From NCBI RefSeq assembly GCF_009914755.1, contig NC_060932.1: a stretch of 64,000 bases of DNA. The stretch is one strand, 5' to 3'. Below the pieces are notes generated by a model. That model did no database searches. It was not told where the DNA came from and saw only the letters and a program-made list of their open reading frames with translations. The stretch is from the human T2T-CHM13v2.0 reference genome, Homo sapiens. Position 1 is the first letter of the stretch. The number at the start of each line of letters is the position of its first letter. The position numbers and the translations under genes are program-made. Shown here piece by piece: positions 18,404 to 31,546 of the stretch.

Positions 18404-18772
18404 TTATAATTCTCAGAGCCAAGAGAGGAAGCAGTAATTCAAAGCAAGGGAAGTGAAGAGCTTGTTTCCTTAGTGTTCATGAGCCGGCCTGATCTGGATA
18501 TAACTGCTAATGAGAACAACATGCTTTCAGGCAAAAAGTACACACCAGGCTTTGGTGTGCAGATAACCAAGGATTAGTGCTTGAGAATTCATTTGTTTTG
18601 CTCTTGGTGTAACTTGGGCATGAGATAAAAGACTGAGAGTAGCTTCTTAAATTGTCCAGTGACTGCTCAGAAATGCTTTTGACTGTAGGTAGGTTCTCCA
18701 ATCCATATATACTTCTTAGTAATTATCTTAGTAATTCATGCTTCTCTCTCATGATGCTGAAATTTTTAGCAG

Positions 18773-19152
18773 GTACCATGGACTGAATGTACCCCCAAAT
18801 TCATTTGTGTGGCTTCCCCAAAATTCCTGTGTTGCAATCCTAATCCCCACTGTATGGTATTAGGTGGCGGGGTCTTGGGGGAGGTAATGAAGTCGTGAGG
18901 GTGGAGCCTTTATGAATGGGATTAGTGCCTAATAAAAGAGACCTCAGAGAGTGCCCTTCCCTCTCCAACACGTGAGGACATAGTGAAAAGTTGGCTGTCT
19001 GTGAACGAGGTAGTCGGCCTTCAACAGACACCGAATTTGCTGGTGCCTTGATCTTGGATTTCCTAGCTCCAGAATTGGGAGAAATAAATGTTTGTTGCTT
19101 GAGCCGCCCAGTCTATGGTATCCTATTATAGCAGTTCATACATACTAAGACA
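18773..19152 (+). mobile_element. MLT1A-type MaLR LTR
   Basis: TGGACTGAATGT...ATGGGATTAGTGCC...TTGATCTTGGA...AATAAATG...ACTAAGACA. Confidence 0.8.
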
Positions 19153-20289
19153 GTGGGGTTCAATTTTACTCCCTAATTCAAATTATTGAATTTTCAAGTT
19201 CAACTCCTGTGTGAGTAAAATTTATTCCTATACATGTTTAGTGCAGCTGTGTAAGTAAAATTTATTCCTACAGATGTTTAGTGCAGCTGAAGGTGTAAAA
19301 CAAGAAAAAAGAAAGGAAAAATAAAAGAAAAAGAAAAATACTTGGCAATATTGTTGGGGAGAGAAGAGGTTATTTTGGAGAAGGGAAGGAGGTTTTTGTG
19401 GATGGAAGGTTTTTGCCAGTAGAAGGGGACTGTGTATGTCACCACGTGCCATGAGTGTGCATGCGGGAGGCCCACAGGGGCTGGTGGGAGTGCTAGACAA
19501 CAGGGGCTAAGAAAAGAAAGTAGAAGTGTGACATAACTTCCTCCGTCACAGTTTCAGTTAGGGTGCCAGGCAACCCTGTGTGCACACAGATACTTGGAAG
19601 AAGGGCTGTAACCTTTAGCTTCCCCCAGTTTAGCCCGTTGGCCTTGTCTAGGCTGGTCTGTTTCTGACTCTTCTTTTCCTCATCTAATATAGACCTACTT
19701 TTCTTTTATTGGAAGTAGGAAGAGGAAAAATAGACAAAGGAAGAGAAAAATACTAGATTAAGGCTCAGATATTGTAGGCATGAGACCTGGAAACTGGAGA
19801 CTCCTTTTGGGACAGAGTTGTAGCAGCAAGCCCAACTATAGAAGAAGGGAACTGGGGCCTGTTGGTGGCATGGTGACCAGAGATTTTGGTGTTGGTAAGC
19901 TGGTGGCAGGAGCTCCACATGCTTCTAGAAATGCACCTAGGAAGTAAGGTATATGTGAGTGATGGGAACTTGATTCAGGGGATGATGCTTAATTCCAGCA
20001 CATCAATTGCATACATTAGAAGGACTACAAATTCAGATCTAAGGGGACCAGATAGAGTAGGATGGATACTAGCTGGATAGTAAGGAGGGGTATGATTGTG
20101 GTGAATAGAAGAACACACGCAGAGTTTACATTTACCATGTGGGAATATTGAACCAATGCTGTCAGATCTTCTGATTTTTGAAAAGAAGGGGTAAATTAGA
20201 TTTTTATGTGAAAATTTAATCAGAAAATGTTGGCAATTGATTTTAAAAGTTTAACAGCACCATGTGGGACATTATTGTACCTGCCAAGC

Positions 20290-20900
20290 AACCCTTGCAC
20301 ATCCCACGGCCCCTGAAACTCCACATGTCAAAAATGGAACTCCATCTGTAGTCCCTATTTCAGCAAGTGGTGCCACAGACTGCCAGGAACCCAAGCTAGG
20401 AAGGTGGGCATGAGCCCTGACTCCTCCTCTACTCCACTCCTTACTTTTGATACATGACTTCGCCATGTGGATTTAGCCTCCTGAAATCTCTGTCTCTTAT
20501 ATTTGTCCCCTTTTTTTAATTCCTACTCTCAATGTCTTTTAGATTTTCACAATTTCTTTGCTGATCTAACCCATATCTCAGTCACTTCTCACCCATTTCT
20601 AATCCTTTAGTGACCTGTCTAAAATAAAAATTGAAGCAAGTCATTGCATTGAAGCCCTGCCTTCTAAATTCCCATCTTCCCCTACTCCCTGTAGAATAAA
20701 ATCAGTGTGATCTAGCATGTTTAGCTCCATATACTGACTTCTGCCTGCAACTTCAGCCTCATTCCTTGCAGTGCCTTCCTCCTTGTCTGTGCTTCAGATA
20801 CTGAATCATCCACAGCTCCTCTAGGGGTCATGCTATTTCATTACTCTCTATCTTTACTCTCATTGCTCTTCTTACCTAGAATGAATACCCTTTCCTTTCT
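20290..20900 (+). mobile_element. L2 fragment
   Basis: AAACTCCACATGTCAAAAATGGAACTC and pyrimidine-rich L2 3' region motifs. Confidence 0.55.
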
Positions 20901-20959
20901 GTATTAGGATGTGTTCAGTTGTAAGTAACACAAACTCCAACTCAAATGGATTTAAGTAA

Positions 20960-21645
20960 TGCTATGATTTGAATGTGTCTGCCAAATTTCATGTGTTGGA
21001 AACTTAATCTCAGAATTCATAGTTTGATTGGAGGTAAGCCTTTTGGGAGGAGTATAGAATTAAATAAGGATGTCAGGGTAAGACCCCCATGGTGAGACTG
21101 GTGGCTTTATAAGAGGAAGAGAAATCTGATTTGACTTGCATGGACTTTCCCTCTTGCCATGTGATGTCTTCCGCCATTTTATAATGCAGCAAGAAGGCCC
21201 TCACCAGATGCTGGTGCTGTGCTTTTGGACTTCAGAATTGTGACTTTGGACTCTCCAGAATTGTTAGCTAAATAAACTTCTTATTTATTTATTTATTTAG
21301 ACAGGGTCTTGTTCTGTCATCCAGGCTAGAGTACAGTGCTGTGAACAGGGCTCTCTGCAGCCTCAACATTCTGGGCTCAAGTGATTCTCCCATCTCAGGC
21401 TCCTGAGTAGCTGGGCCACAGGTGTGTGTCACCATGCCCAACTATTTACAAGATTTTTTGTAGAAATGGGGTCTCACCACATTGGTCAGGTTAGTCTCAA
21501 ACTCCTGGGCTCAAGCAGTCCTCCCACCTTAAGCCTTCCAAAGTACTGAGATTACAGGCATGAGCAACCGTGCTTGGCCAACTTCTTTTTAAATAAATTA
21601 CCCAGTCAGTAGTGCTCAGTTATAGTAGCAGAGAATGGACTAAGG
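20960..21645 (+). mobile_element. MST-family MaLR LTR interrupted by an AluJ
   Basis: TGCTATGATTTGAATGTGTC...AAATTACCCAGTC...AATGGACTAAG. Confidence 0.75.
21283..21579 (-). mobile_element. AluJ
   Basis: Antisense Alu with TSD AACTTCTT. Confidence 0.9.
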
Positions 21646-21737
21646 AGGCTTATTATCTTATGCAAGTGGTAGGGCAGGCTTCAGGGTTGGTCTAATTCAG
21701 TGACTCAGTGATGTCACCTGGAACCGAGGTTCCTCAT

Positions 21738-21870
21738 TTTCTTTTCTTTTCTTTTTTTTTCTTTTCTTTCTTTTCCTTCCTTCCTTCCTTCCTTCCTTCC
21801 TTCCTTCCTTCCTTTCTTCCCTCCCTCCCCCCTCCCTCCTTTCTTTCTTTCTTTCTTGTTTCCTTTTCCT

Positions 21871-21938
<68 letters not shown>

Positions 21939-21945
21939 TTTATTT
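21738..21945. repeat. Compound (TTCC)n/(TTTC)n microsatellite, an expanded Alu tail
   Basis: Directly visible and abuts an antisense Alu. Confidence 0.95.
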
Positions 21946-22148
21946 GAGATGGGGTTTCACTCTGTCACCTAGGCTGGAGTGCAATGACGTGATCATGGCT
22001 CACCACAGCCTCAACCTCCTGGGCTCAAGTAATCCTCCTACCTCAGCCTCCTGAGTAGCTAGGACCACAGGCATGTGCCGCCATGCCCAGTTAATTTTTT
22101 TAAAAATTGTTTTCTATATTGCCCAGGCTGGTCTCTAAACCTGGGACT
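21945..22148 (-). mobile_element. AluJ, partial
   Basis: Right arm plus a deleted left arm. Confidence 0.85.
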
Positions 22149-22179
22149 ATAAAAAAATCATGCACCACTCTATTTATAA

Positions 22180-22472
22180 AAAATTTTTGATGCAGGGTCT
22201 CATTCTGTTGCCTAGGCTGGAGTGCAGTGGCCTGATCATGACCTACTGCAGCCTTGACCTTCCCAGGCTCAGGTGATCCTCCCACCTCAGACTCCTGAGT
22301 AGCTGGCACTACAGGCCAGCACCACCATGCCTGGCTAATTTTTCTACTTTGTCTAGAGATAGAGTTTTGCCATGTTTCCCAGGTTGGTCTCAAACTCCTG
22401 GGCTCAAGCAATCTTCTCGCCTTAGCCTCCCAAAGTGCTGGGATTACAAGTGTGAGCCACCATACTCGGCCA
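22180..22472 (-). mobile_element. AluJ
   Basis: Antisense dimeric Alu. Confidence 0.92.
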
Positions 22473-22609
22473 TCATGTATCATTCTTAAGGGCACAGATA
22501 CTATGGCTGGCTGAATTTTTATGTCCTTTTTATACATAGATGGAAAAGCCTGTATGCTAATTATTTATTTATTTATTTATTTTTTGAGACCGGGTCTCCC
22601 TCTGTCCCT

Positions 22610-22800
22610 CTGCATTTGAAGCTCACTAGTGCTAGTTAAAAATTTCATGACCTTGGGCAAGTTATTTAAGCTTTTTTCCTTGGTCCCTATCTGTAAGATT
22701 GTTATGATATTCAAAGTGCCAGTCATAAGGTTTTTGTGAAGTTTAAATCAATTGCTGTATGTAGAGCACCCAGGACATTATGTGACACAAACACGAGACA
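22610..22800 (+). mobile_element. MIR
   Basis: TGACCTTGGGCAAGTTATTTAA...ATCTGTAAGAT core. Confidence 0.65.
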
Positions 22801-22805
22801 CACTA

Positions 22806-24245
22806 TGCATAGTAGACAGAATGGTCCCTCAAAGATACCCACATCCTAAGCCTAGAGTCTGTGAATATGTTATGCTACACAGCAAAAGGGACTTTGCAGT
22901 TATAATCAAGGTCATAGGTCTTAAGACAGGGAAGATTACCCTAGATCATCCAGGTGGCACAATCTAATCACATGATCCCTTAAGAGCAGAAGACTTTTGC
23001 TGGCTGGCAGCAAAAGTGATGGAGCAGAAAGAGAAGTCAGATTCCAGGCATGAGAAGCATTTGCGTCAGCACTGCCGGCCCTAAGATGTAGGAGGCCATG
23101 TGGCCATCTGCAAGGACTGGCCCCTTTTGGCTCTCTGAGCAGCATGATGGTGGTTGGCAAGAATAAGTGCTTTACAAAAAGCAGCAAAAAGGAAGCCAAG
23201 AAGGAAGTGGTTGATAACATTTTCTAAGAAGACTGGTACAATGTGAAAGTACCAGCTATGTTCAATGTAAGAAATATTGGTAGAACACTAGTCCCAGGGA
23301 TACAAGGAACAAAAACTGCATCTGTTGGCCTCAAGGGTTGTGATATTGAGGTAAGCCTTGCTGAGCTGGAGAATGATGAAGCTGCATTTAGAAAATTCAA
23401 ACTAATTACTGAGAATGTTCAGGACAAAAACCACCTGCCCAGCTTTCATGGCATGAATCTTATCCATGACAAAATGTGTTCCATGGTAGTTCATGACTGA
23501 AGCTCATGTTGATGTTCAGGCTACCTGTGGTTATTTGCTTCATTTGTTTTGTGTTCAGCCAGCAATCGGTTTGCATTTTGCTTATGCTCAGCACCAACAG
23601 GTCTGACAAATCCGGAAGAAGATGATGGAAATCATGATCCCAGAGGTGCAGACAGATGTCTTAAAAGAGACAATCAATAAATTGATTTTAGACAGCACTA
23701 GAAAGACATAGAAAGCCTTGCCAGTCTAGTTACCCTGTCCATGAGGTCTTCATTAGAAAAGTAAACATGCTAAAAAAGCCCAAGTTTGAATCGAGAAAAC
23801 TCAGGGAGCTTCACGGTGAAGGGAGCAGTTCTGGAAAAGCTACTGGGGATGAGACAGGTGGGAAGGTTGAACGAGCAGATAGATATGAGCCACCAGTTCA
23901 AGAACCTGTTTAATATTCAGACTTTTAACGGTGACAAAAGTCTTGCTTGTTGTGTGTGAGGAGGAGAACTGGAGAGAGTCCCCTAGGAGCTAAAGGTAAC
24001 ACTGGCTGGCAGTCAGTGAGGAAACAGGGGCCTGAATAAGTTTGAAAGTGGATTTTCCCCCTAAGCCTTCCAGAGAAGAGTCCAGGCAGGTGGACAACTT
24101 GATTTTGTCTTGTAAGACCCTGAGCGTGGAACTAGTTGAGCTCACTGGATTTCTGACCCCACAGAACTTCAGGGTAATAAGTCTGTGTTGTTTTAAGCTG
24201 CTAGTTTTGTGGTAACTTGTTATGGCAGCGACAGACAACTAAGTT
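22806..24245 (+). mobile_element. MLT1D/E-type MaLR LTR split by the RPS3A retrocopy
   Basis: 5' part CAGAATGGTCCCTCAAAGAT...GGACTTTGCAG. 3' part TTTTAAGCTGCTAGTTTTGTGGTAACTTGTTATGGCAGC. Confidence 0.8.
23121..23955 (+). pseudogene. RPS3A: Processed (intronless) ribosomal protein S3a/eS1 pseudogene, full length and disabled
   Basis: 5'UTR CCCCTTTTGGCTCTCTGA, ATG at 23147 (MVVGKNK..), ORF fragment [37 protein letters not shown]-terminus YEPPVQEPV-stop (TAA 23911-23913). Contains frameshifts, stops and deletions. Confidence 0.96.
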
Positions 24246-25649
24246 ATTATATAAGCATTAGCTTTATATGGTAGCATCATCATCACTTCCATTTGCCCCA
24301 AGCACAGACTCCTAGCTAACAAAAATGGCAGGGATCAAAAGGAGAGAGTTTGCATGCAGAAAAGCTGTCTTGGAAAACACATGATGTAGTTTCAGCTTCT
24401 TGAAGATTAAATCACACTCTCCACACAGACAGTGATTTCACGTAGCGCACCTTTCCCCTTGCAACACTAAGGAATTGAACATGCGTATCTCCTCATCAGT
24501 TCCCATTTTCTAAGGCTATGTTGGGAAGTGCTCCTACCTTTGATGGCCTCAAAAGAAGCCTGCAGGCTTTGAAAACTTTGGGGATTTTACTGTTGATTAC
24601 TCTGGGGATTATGATACCGTAACACAAATGGCAAACATACAGGGATTACAAAGTTTAGAAAATATCATGATGTTCTTATAAATGTTACCTTAACTTGTAT
24701 TGGATCATCCTCAGAAGGTAACTGGAAGGTCATTTAAATTTGATTCTTTTCTCACTTTTAGAAAAAGAATATGCTGACTCCCTTATTCTAAGACAGCTCT
24801 CAGAGGCTCTTCAAACACAGCCATGTCTCATGTAGGTGACTCACATTTCTGAGGAACTCTGGAATAGGCCCAATTTCACTGTCCCCTGCCACACAGAAAT
24901 CATGATTGTTGGGGCATATCTTCACACTCCCACTTAGGTTTCTCTCATCCTGCTAAGGCTTCCTTTAGGTCATTGATATGTATCAGTTTTAATTTGAGTG
25001 GTCTGAACTCACTAAAATGGCGACTTGGTAGCCAGGCTCACACCTGCAATTTTACTCTAACAGCTTAATTTCCTTACCTTACGTTTTATTCTCTGTTAAA
25101 GTAATCCAGGGGATGAGGTGTTAGCATAAGTTATGCTTCAGTATAAAAATGCGGAATAGAAGGGATAGAAAAGGGCAGTGAACATCTGTGGAGTAGAAAA
25201 GGGTTCCAGCTAGAGGTGAAAGCATGCATTCACTTTCTGGGATCCAGCCTGCCGTGATTACCTTCTTAGGCCTTCAATACTTCGTGAGCCTAAGGGCAGC
25301 TAGTAGTCCTGTTTGAAGAGGATACTTCTCCAGGTCTAGGCTTGAACAAATATGCCTGGGAGACTCCTATGACTCTAGCATATTAGATAGATGCTCCAAG
25401 AAACACTAGGACAGACTTTCTTTTGATTTCTTGTAAGGGTGAAAAAAAAAAACTAAAATATTACAACACAGATTATGCTGAACACATTCCCATTATCTTC
25501 CAGAGTGGTCTATTAAAATGCATTTCCATTTTATTTTCTTCATGATAGTTTTAATTATATTAAGCTGATCCAGAGGAAACTTCTGGATTATAACTTTAAT
25601 TTCTACCTTAAACCTAAACTTTCTGCTACTCATGAACTTTAGCTTTTGA

Positions 25650-26482
<833 letters not shown>

Positions 26483-27620
26483 AAGGACACGAAAGAACAG
26501 CTGAAGAAATGAAGAAATCTAACATATTTATGGAAGCAAATGCTTGATAGAAAGATGTGAATTCTCCATAAATTAAATTATGAATTTAATGCAGTTCTAA
26601 TAAAAATCCCAACATTATTGTGTGGAACTTAACAAACAGATTCTAAGAACTTCTAGCCAAGACATTCTAAAAAAGAAGCAGGAGGTGGGGATTTCTCTAT
26701 CAGATATAAAGACATTTTTAAAAAGTTGTATAAATAAAACTGTACTACTGACACAGAATAGATAATTAGATCTGGGAACAGATTATATTTATAGGGACTT
26801 TCCATATACCCGTTGGAAAAGGGTAAATTCAATAAATGGCATTGCCAAAATTCACCTTCCTTATGGAAAAAAAATAAAATGAAATGTCTAATTCACATTT
26901 TTGAGTAGTTAAATTTCCAAAAAAGTTAAATTTCAAATGGATTACAGGTCTAAATGTGAAAAGCAAAACTTCAAAACTATTATAAGAAAATCTACTTAAA
27001 ACTATTAGGAGAACAGCTTTATGATCTCAGGGCAAAATATTAGGCAAACAAGACACAAACAACAAAAGTATGAAATAAAAAAAGAGATAAATTTTGTTAC
27101 ATCCAAAACTTCAAACTTTGCTTGGGCGCAGTGGCTCAGGCCTGTAATCCCAGCACTTTGGGAGGCTGAGGTAGGTGGTAGCACTTGAGCTCAGGAATTT
27201 GAGACCAGCCTGGGCAACGTGGTGAAACCTTGTCTCTACTAAAAATACAAAAATTAGCTGTGCGTGGTGGTGTGCACGAGTGGTCCCAGCTACTCAGGGG
27301 GCTGAGGTGAGAGCCCAGGGGGCTGAGGTGAGCCCAGGAGGCAGAGGTTGCAGTGAGCCAGGATCATGCCACTGCACTCTACCCTGGGAGGGAGAGCCAG
27401 ACCTTGTTTCAAACAACAACAACGACGACGACGACGACGACGACAACGAAAAACTTCCAACTCTTATTGTCAAAAGAAAAAAATACCATTAACAAAGATA
27501 AAAGTTAAGTGTCTGTCTGAGAGGTGTTTTCAGTTATAACAAACAATTGATATCCAGAAAATGTTTTCTTAAAATTTTATAAATCAATTAGCAAAGTTAA
27601 AAAAATCTAATGGGATAGGC
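26483..27620 (+). mobile_element. Old L1M ORF2 fragment, split by an Alu
   Basis: A-rich L1-like sequence: TTCAATAAATGG, TTCAAATGGATTACAGGTCTAAATGTGAAAAG. Confidence 0.65.
27120..27450 (+). mobile_element. AluJ with internal duplication and (AAC)/(GAC) tail
   Basis: TSD AAAACTTCAAACT / AAAACTTCCAACT. Confidence 0.92.
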
Positions 27621-27629
27621 AATAGGCCA

Positions 27630-27880
27630 TTCTTAGCCTTCAGGTCTTGGCTTAAAATTCACTACCTATCGGAACCCTGACTTTCAGTCGGGGTAATTAT
27701 ATCACAATACTTTTCACTCTTAAATCATTTTTCCTTGTTGAACACCTAGACAGTGAACTCCTAGAGAGGAGGAAACAAATCTGAGGTGTTTTTTCTCTCC
27801 ACTTTTGAGTCTCAGCTTCTTGCACATAATAGGTGTTCGATAAATATATGTCGAAAGACTGATGGAGTAAATGAATAAAC
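27630..27880 (+). mobile_element. L2 3' end
   Basis: CTAGACAGTGAACTCCTAGAG...GCACATAATAGGTGTTCGATAAATAT. Confidence 0.6.
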
Positions 27881-28407
27881 CTGAGTCCCTCCTTGACCCT
27901 TGCGTACTGCACAGGCATAGCCCTCTCTTTGCTGTGCAAATCTAGAGGGTGGATGTTGGAACTCACAACCAAATTCATTTCAGGTAGTAAGCTGAGGGGT
28001 AGTCTGGTCACTCCTTGCCCTCAAGTTTTCTCCTGTATCCTAGGAGATTATGTTTCCTCAGGAGAAGTAAACTGATCTATTTATTTAACACTTGGGGTAA
28101 TTCCAGGCCCACGTGGTCCTTCCAAACCTCTTTCTGGTAATCCAGTTTTCCGGTTTTGCCGTAGCAGGTTCTGAGCTTTGTTATTTGCTATCAAAAATAC
28201 CATCCCTATTCAACAATGACAAAATGTTGAGCATTTCTATACCTTCGTGTCCTGGAGAATGGAACCTCTGTTTGTGTTCACAGGTATAATGCTATGTAAT
28301 TTTTCTACTGCTTATAGGATGAAGGCCAAATTCCTTGGCATGCCAAATCAAGCCCTTTGAGGATCTGGCCTGCTCCCTTCTCTAGGCTCCTGTGCCACCT
28401 GATCGCT

Positions 28408-28720
28408 GTTATAGACTGAATGTTTGTGTCCCTTCCCATTTTAAAATGTTGAAACCATAACCTCCAATGTGATGGTTTTAGGAGGTGGGGCCTTTGGGAG
28501 GTAATTAGGTCTTGAAGGCAGAGCCCTCATATGAATGGGATTAATGCCGTTATAAGAAGAGACTTGTAGAGCTTGTTTCCTCTCTCTCTGCTCCCCAGCA
28601 CACTGGAACAAAACAAGATGACTGTCTGCTTTGCAGAAAGAGGGCTGTCACCAGACACCAGATGTTCACTTTGATCTTTGACTTCTCAGTCTCTAGAACT
28701 GAGAGAAACATGTTTCTTAA
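28408..28720 (+). mobile_element. MLT1A-type LTR, partial
   Basis: TGTTATAGACTGAATGTTTGTGTCCC...GGGCCTTTGGGAGGTAATTAGG. Confidence 0.75.
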
Positions 28721-28724
28721 CAGA

Positions 28725-28915
28725 AATGAATTTTCGGGGGATGGAGGAAGAAATAAGGAGATGGTTAAAGGGTACAAAGTTTCAGTTAGACAGCAGGAAT
28801 AAGTGTGTGAGATCTGTTGCACAGCAGGGTGACTGTGGTTAATTATAATGTATATTTCAAAGTTGCTAAGAGAGTAAATTTTTAATGTCTCACCACAAAA
28901 AGTGCTAAGTGGAAT
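28725..28915 (+). mobile_element. L1MA/MB 3'UTR fragment
   Basis: AAAGGGTACAAAGTTTCAGTTAGACAG...TTGCTAAGAGAGTAAATTTT. Confidence 0.75.
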
Positions 28916-29491
28916 TTTTTTCAAAAAAAGAGGTTATAGAATAATGGGCAGCACAAGTCTGTGTTTTGTTATTCAGGTATTCAGGTAAAACCTTAGTTGT
29001 GCATTTTCAACTTTTCTTATATTGTCAAATTGCTCTCCAAAATGGTTGCCCCAATTTATACCACACCAGCAAACCACAAAAGCTCTCATGTTCTACATCT
29101 TTGCTAACATTTAATATTGACAGAGCAATTCCTAGGGGAAGGGTAGAGGGAGGGAGAGGATTTTCCTATATGTACTTTGTTATTTATTCTTTAAACTTTT
29201 GGATTGAAGTACAGTGCACACACAAAAAAAGCGCTCCAATCAGACATGTACTTTTTGGTAAATTATTGCAAAATGAGCATGCCCATGTAACCACTACTCA
29301 AGCTAAGAACTGATACTTTTTGCCAATTTTATGGGTAACAAATGGTATCTCATTTTGCTTTTAATTTGTTTCCCTGATTTATAGCAAGGCTGAACATCCT
29401 ATTTGACATTCAGATTTACTCTTTTGTAAATTAGTAACAGCAGGTGACATCTCTCAGATGTACTGGTGGCCAGGTACTCTTTTAGTATCTT

Positions 29492-29940
29492 TTTTTTCCT
29501 GCTAATTTTTATTTTTAGTTCTGGGGTACATGTGCAGGATGTGCAGGTTTATTACACAGGTAAATGTGTGCCATGGTGGTTTGCTGCACTTATGAACCCA
29601 TTCACCTACGTATTAAGCCCAGCATGCATTAGCTATTTTTCCTAATGCTCTCCCTCCCCGCACCCCAACCCCGGACAGGCCCCAGTGTATGTTGTTCCCC
29701 TCCCTGTGTCCACGTGTTCTCAATGTTCAGCTCCCACTTATAAGTGAGAACATGCGGTCTTTGGTTTTTTGTTCCTGCATTAGTTTGCTGAGGATAATGG
29801 CTTCCAGCTTCATCCATGTCCCTGCAAAGGACATGATCTCATTCCTTTTTATGGCTGCATAGTATTCCATGGTGTATATGTACCACATTTTCTTTATCCA
29901 GTCTGTTGTTGATGGGCGTTTGGGTTGATTCCATGTCTTT
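29492..29940 (-). mobile_element. 5'-truncated L1PA (L1PA8/10-like) 3' end inserted in a MIR
   Basis: GGGTACATGTGCAGGATGTGCAGG...CAGCTCCCACTTATAAGTGAGAACATG. TSD TCTTTTAGTATCTT at about 29478 and 29936. Confidence 0.92.
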
Positions 29941-30169
29941 TAGTATCTTTAGTTGTATCAACTCAATCTGTATCAATTCAATCCTCACAGTGGTCCTATG
30001 TGGTATGTTGCTAATATCCTTAGTTTACAGATGAGTAAAATGAGTTAGTCGCATGACTAGTCACTGGCCATAGTCATATGGTTAGTCAGTGTTGAAGCTA
30101 GAATTTGAATTTGGACAGTCTGGCTCAGATCTTGTGCTCTTAGTCATTATGCTATTAATGTACAACTTC

Positions 30170-30690
30170 CTGCATTAGTTATCTATAACAGCATAATACA
30201 TTACCACTAAGCTTAGCAGCTCAATGCAGCAAAAATTTAACTTATAACTTCTGAGTATCAGAAATCTTGGAGTGTCTCAGCTGTGTCATTCTGTATCAAG
30301 ATCTCTCATAAAAATAAAGTCAAGATGTCAGCTGGGTCATCTGAAGGCTTGACTGGGGCATGGAATCTGCTTCCAAGATGGCTGACTCATATGGCTATTG
30401 GTTGAAGGTCTCAGCTCCTTGTAACATGGACCAACCCATAGGGCTGCTTGAGTGTCCTCATGACATAGTGGTTAGCTTACTCCAGTGTAAGTAATTCAAG
30501 AGTGAGCAAGGAGGAAGCCATGATCCCTTATATGACTTATTAGAAGTCACACATATTATCCTATTTCCATCTTATTCTACTTGTTCAAATTGTTACTAAA
30601 TCCAGATCATACTCAAGGAGAGGAGAATTAGCTCTGCTTTTTGAAGGGAATATAGACAGAATTTGTTGACATTTTAAAAACAATCACCTA
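30170..30690 (-). mobile_element. MLT1G/H-type MaLR LTR
   Basis: TGCATTAGTTATCTAT...CATCTGAAGGCTTGACTGGGGC...TTCCAAGATGGCT. Confidence 0.7.
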
Positions 30691-31546
30691 TATATTGATG
30701 ATCCCTTTGTGTTTAAAAAAAATTTGTCCTGTGGTATTTTTTATATATTCTGGACAATCATTTTTGTTGGATATTTGAATTACAAATATTTTCTCCTAGT
30801 CTGTGGCAGTCCTGCTGAGATTGTGGTTGGAATTGCAATAAATTTACATCTGTTCACCTAGAAGGAAACTAATACCCTTACAATATTAAGTTTTTCTATA
30901 CATGATTATAATATATCTATTTATTTAGATCTATGATGCACTTTATAAATTTTTATGATTTTCTTCATAAAGATCCTGTACATCTTTTGTAAAATTTGTT
31001 CCTATTCTTAAAATTTATATTTTCCCACCTTTTTTGCTATAGTGTAAGAACGTAACAAATACTTGAACATTAAGTTTATGACCAGCCACTTTTGCTGTGC
31101 TCTTATTAAATTTTTGTCTTGTCAAATTTTGGATTGTTTATACAGTCAATTAGATTGACTGTAAATATTGGCAGTTTAGTTTCATCCTCTCCAATCCTTG
31201 TGACTTTTTTTCCCCTGTCATACTCTGTTGGTTGGTACTGCTAACATAATAATCCATACATTACAGCTTAGGGAAAATAAGTATTTACTAAGAGAGATTC
31301 TTGCACAGGTGCATAAGAAGCCATTAAAATAATTTATAGTAGCCTTTGTTTCTAGCCAAGAAAAGGCAAAGAAACAAACAAAAACCAAACAACCAAAAAA
31401 CCAATATAAAACAAAAACCAAAACAAGAAACAAAAAGCTGATAATGATGACAATGTCCATTAACAAGAGAATGAATGACTAAATTATGATATAGTCATTC
31501 AATGAAAAATTATACAGCAGTGAAAATGAATAAATAAACCTATATA

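Noticed and set aside
19207-19289. Direct repeats as a CRISPR-like array
   Set aside because: There are two adjacent units with no spacers, no cas genes, and the context is eukaryotic.
23243-23500. 85-aa RPS3A-like ORF as a functional CDS
   Set aside because: It is a fragment of a frameshifted processed pseudogene with a non-ATG start.
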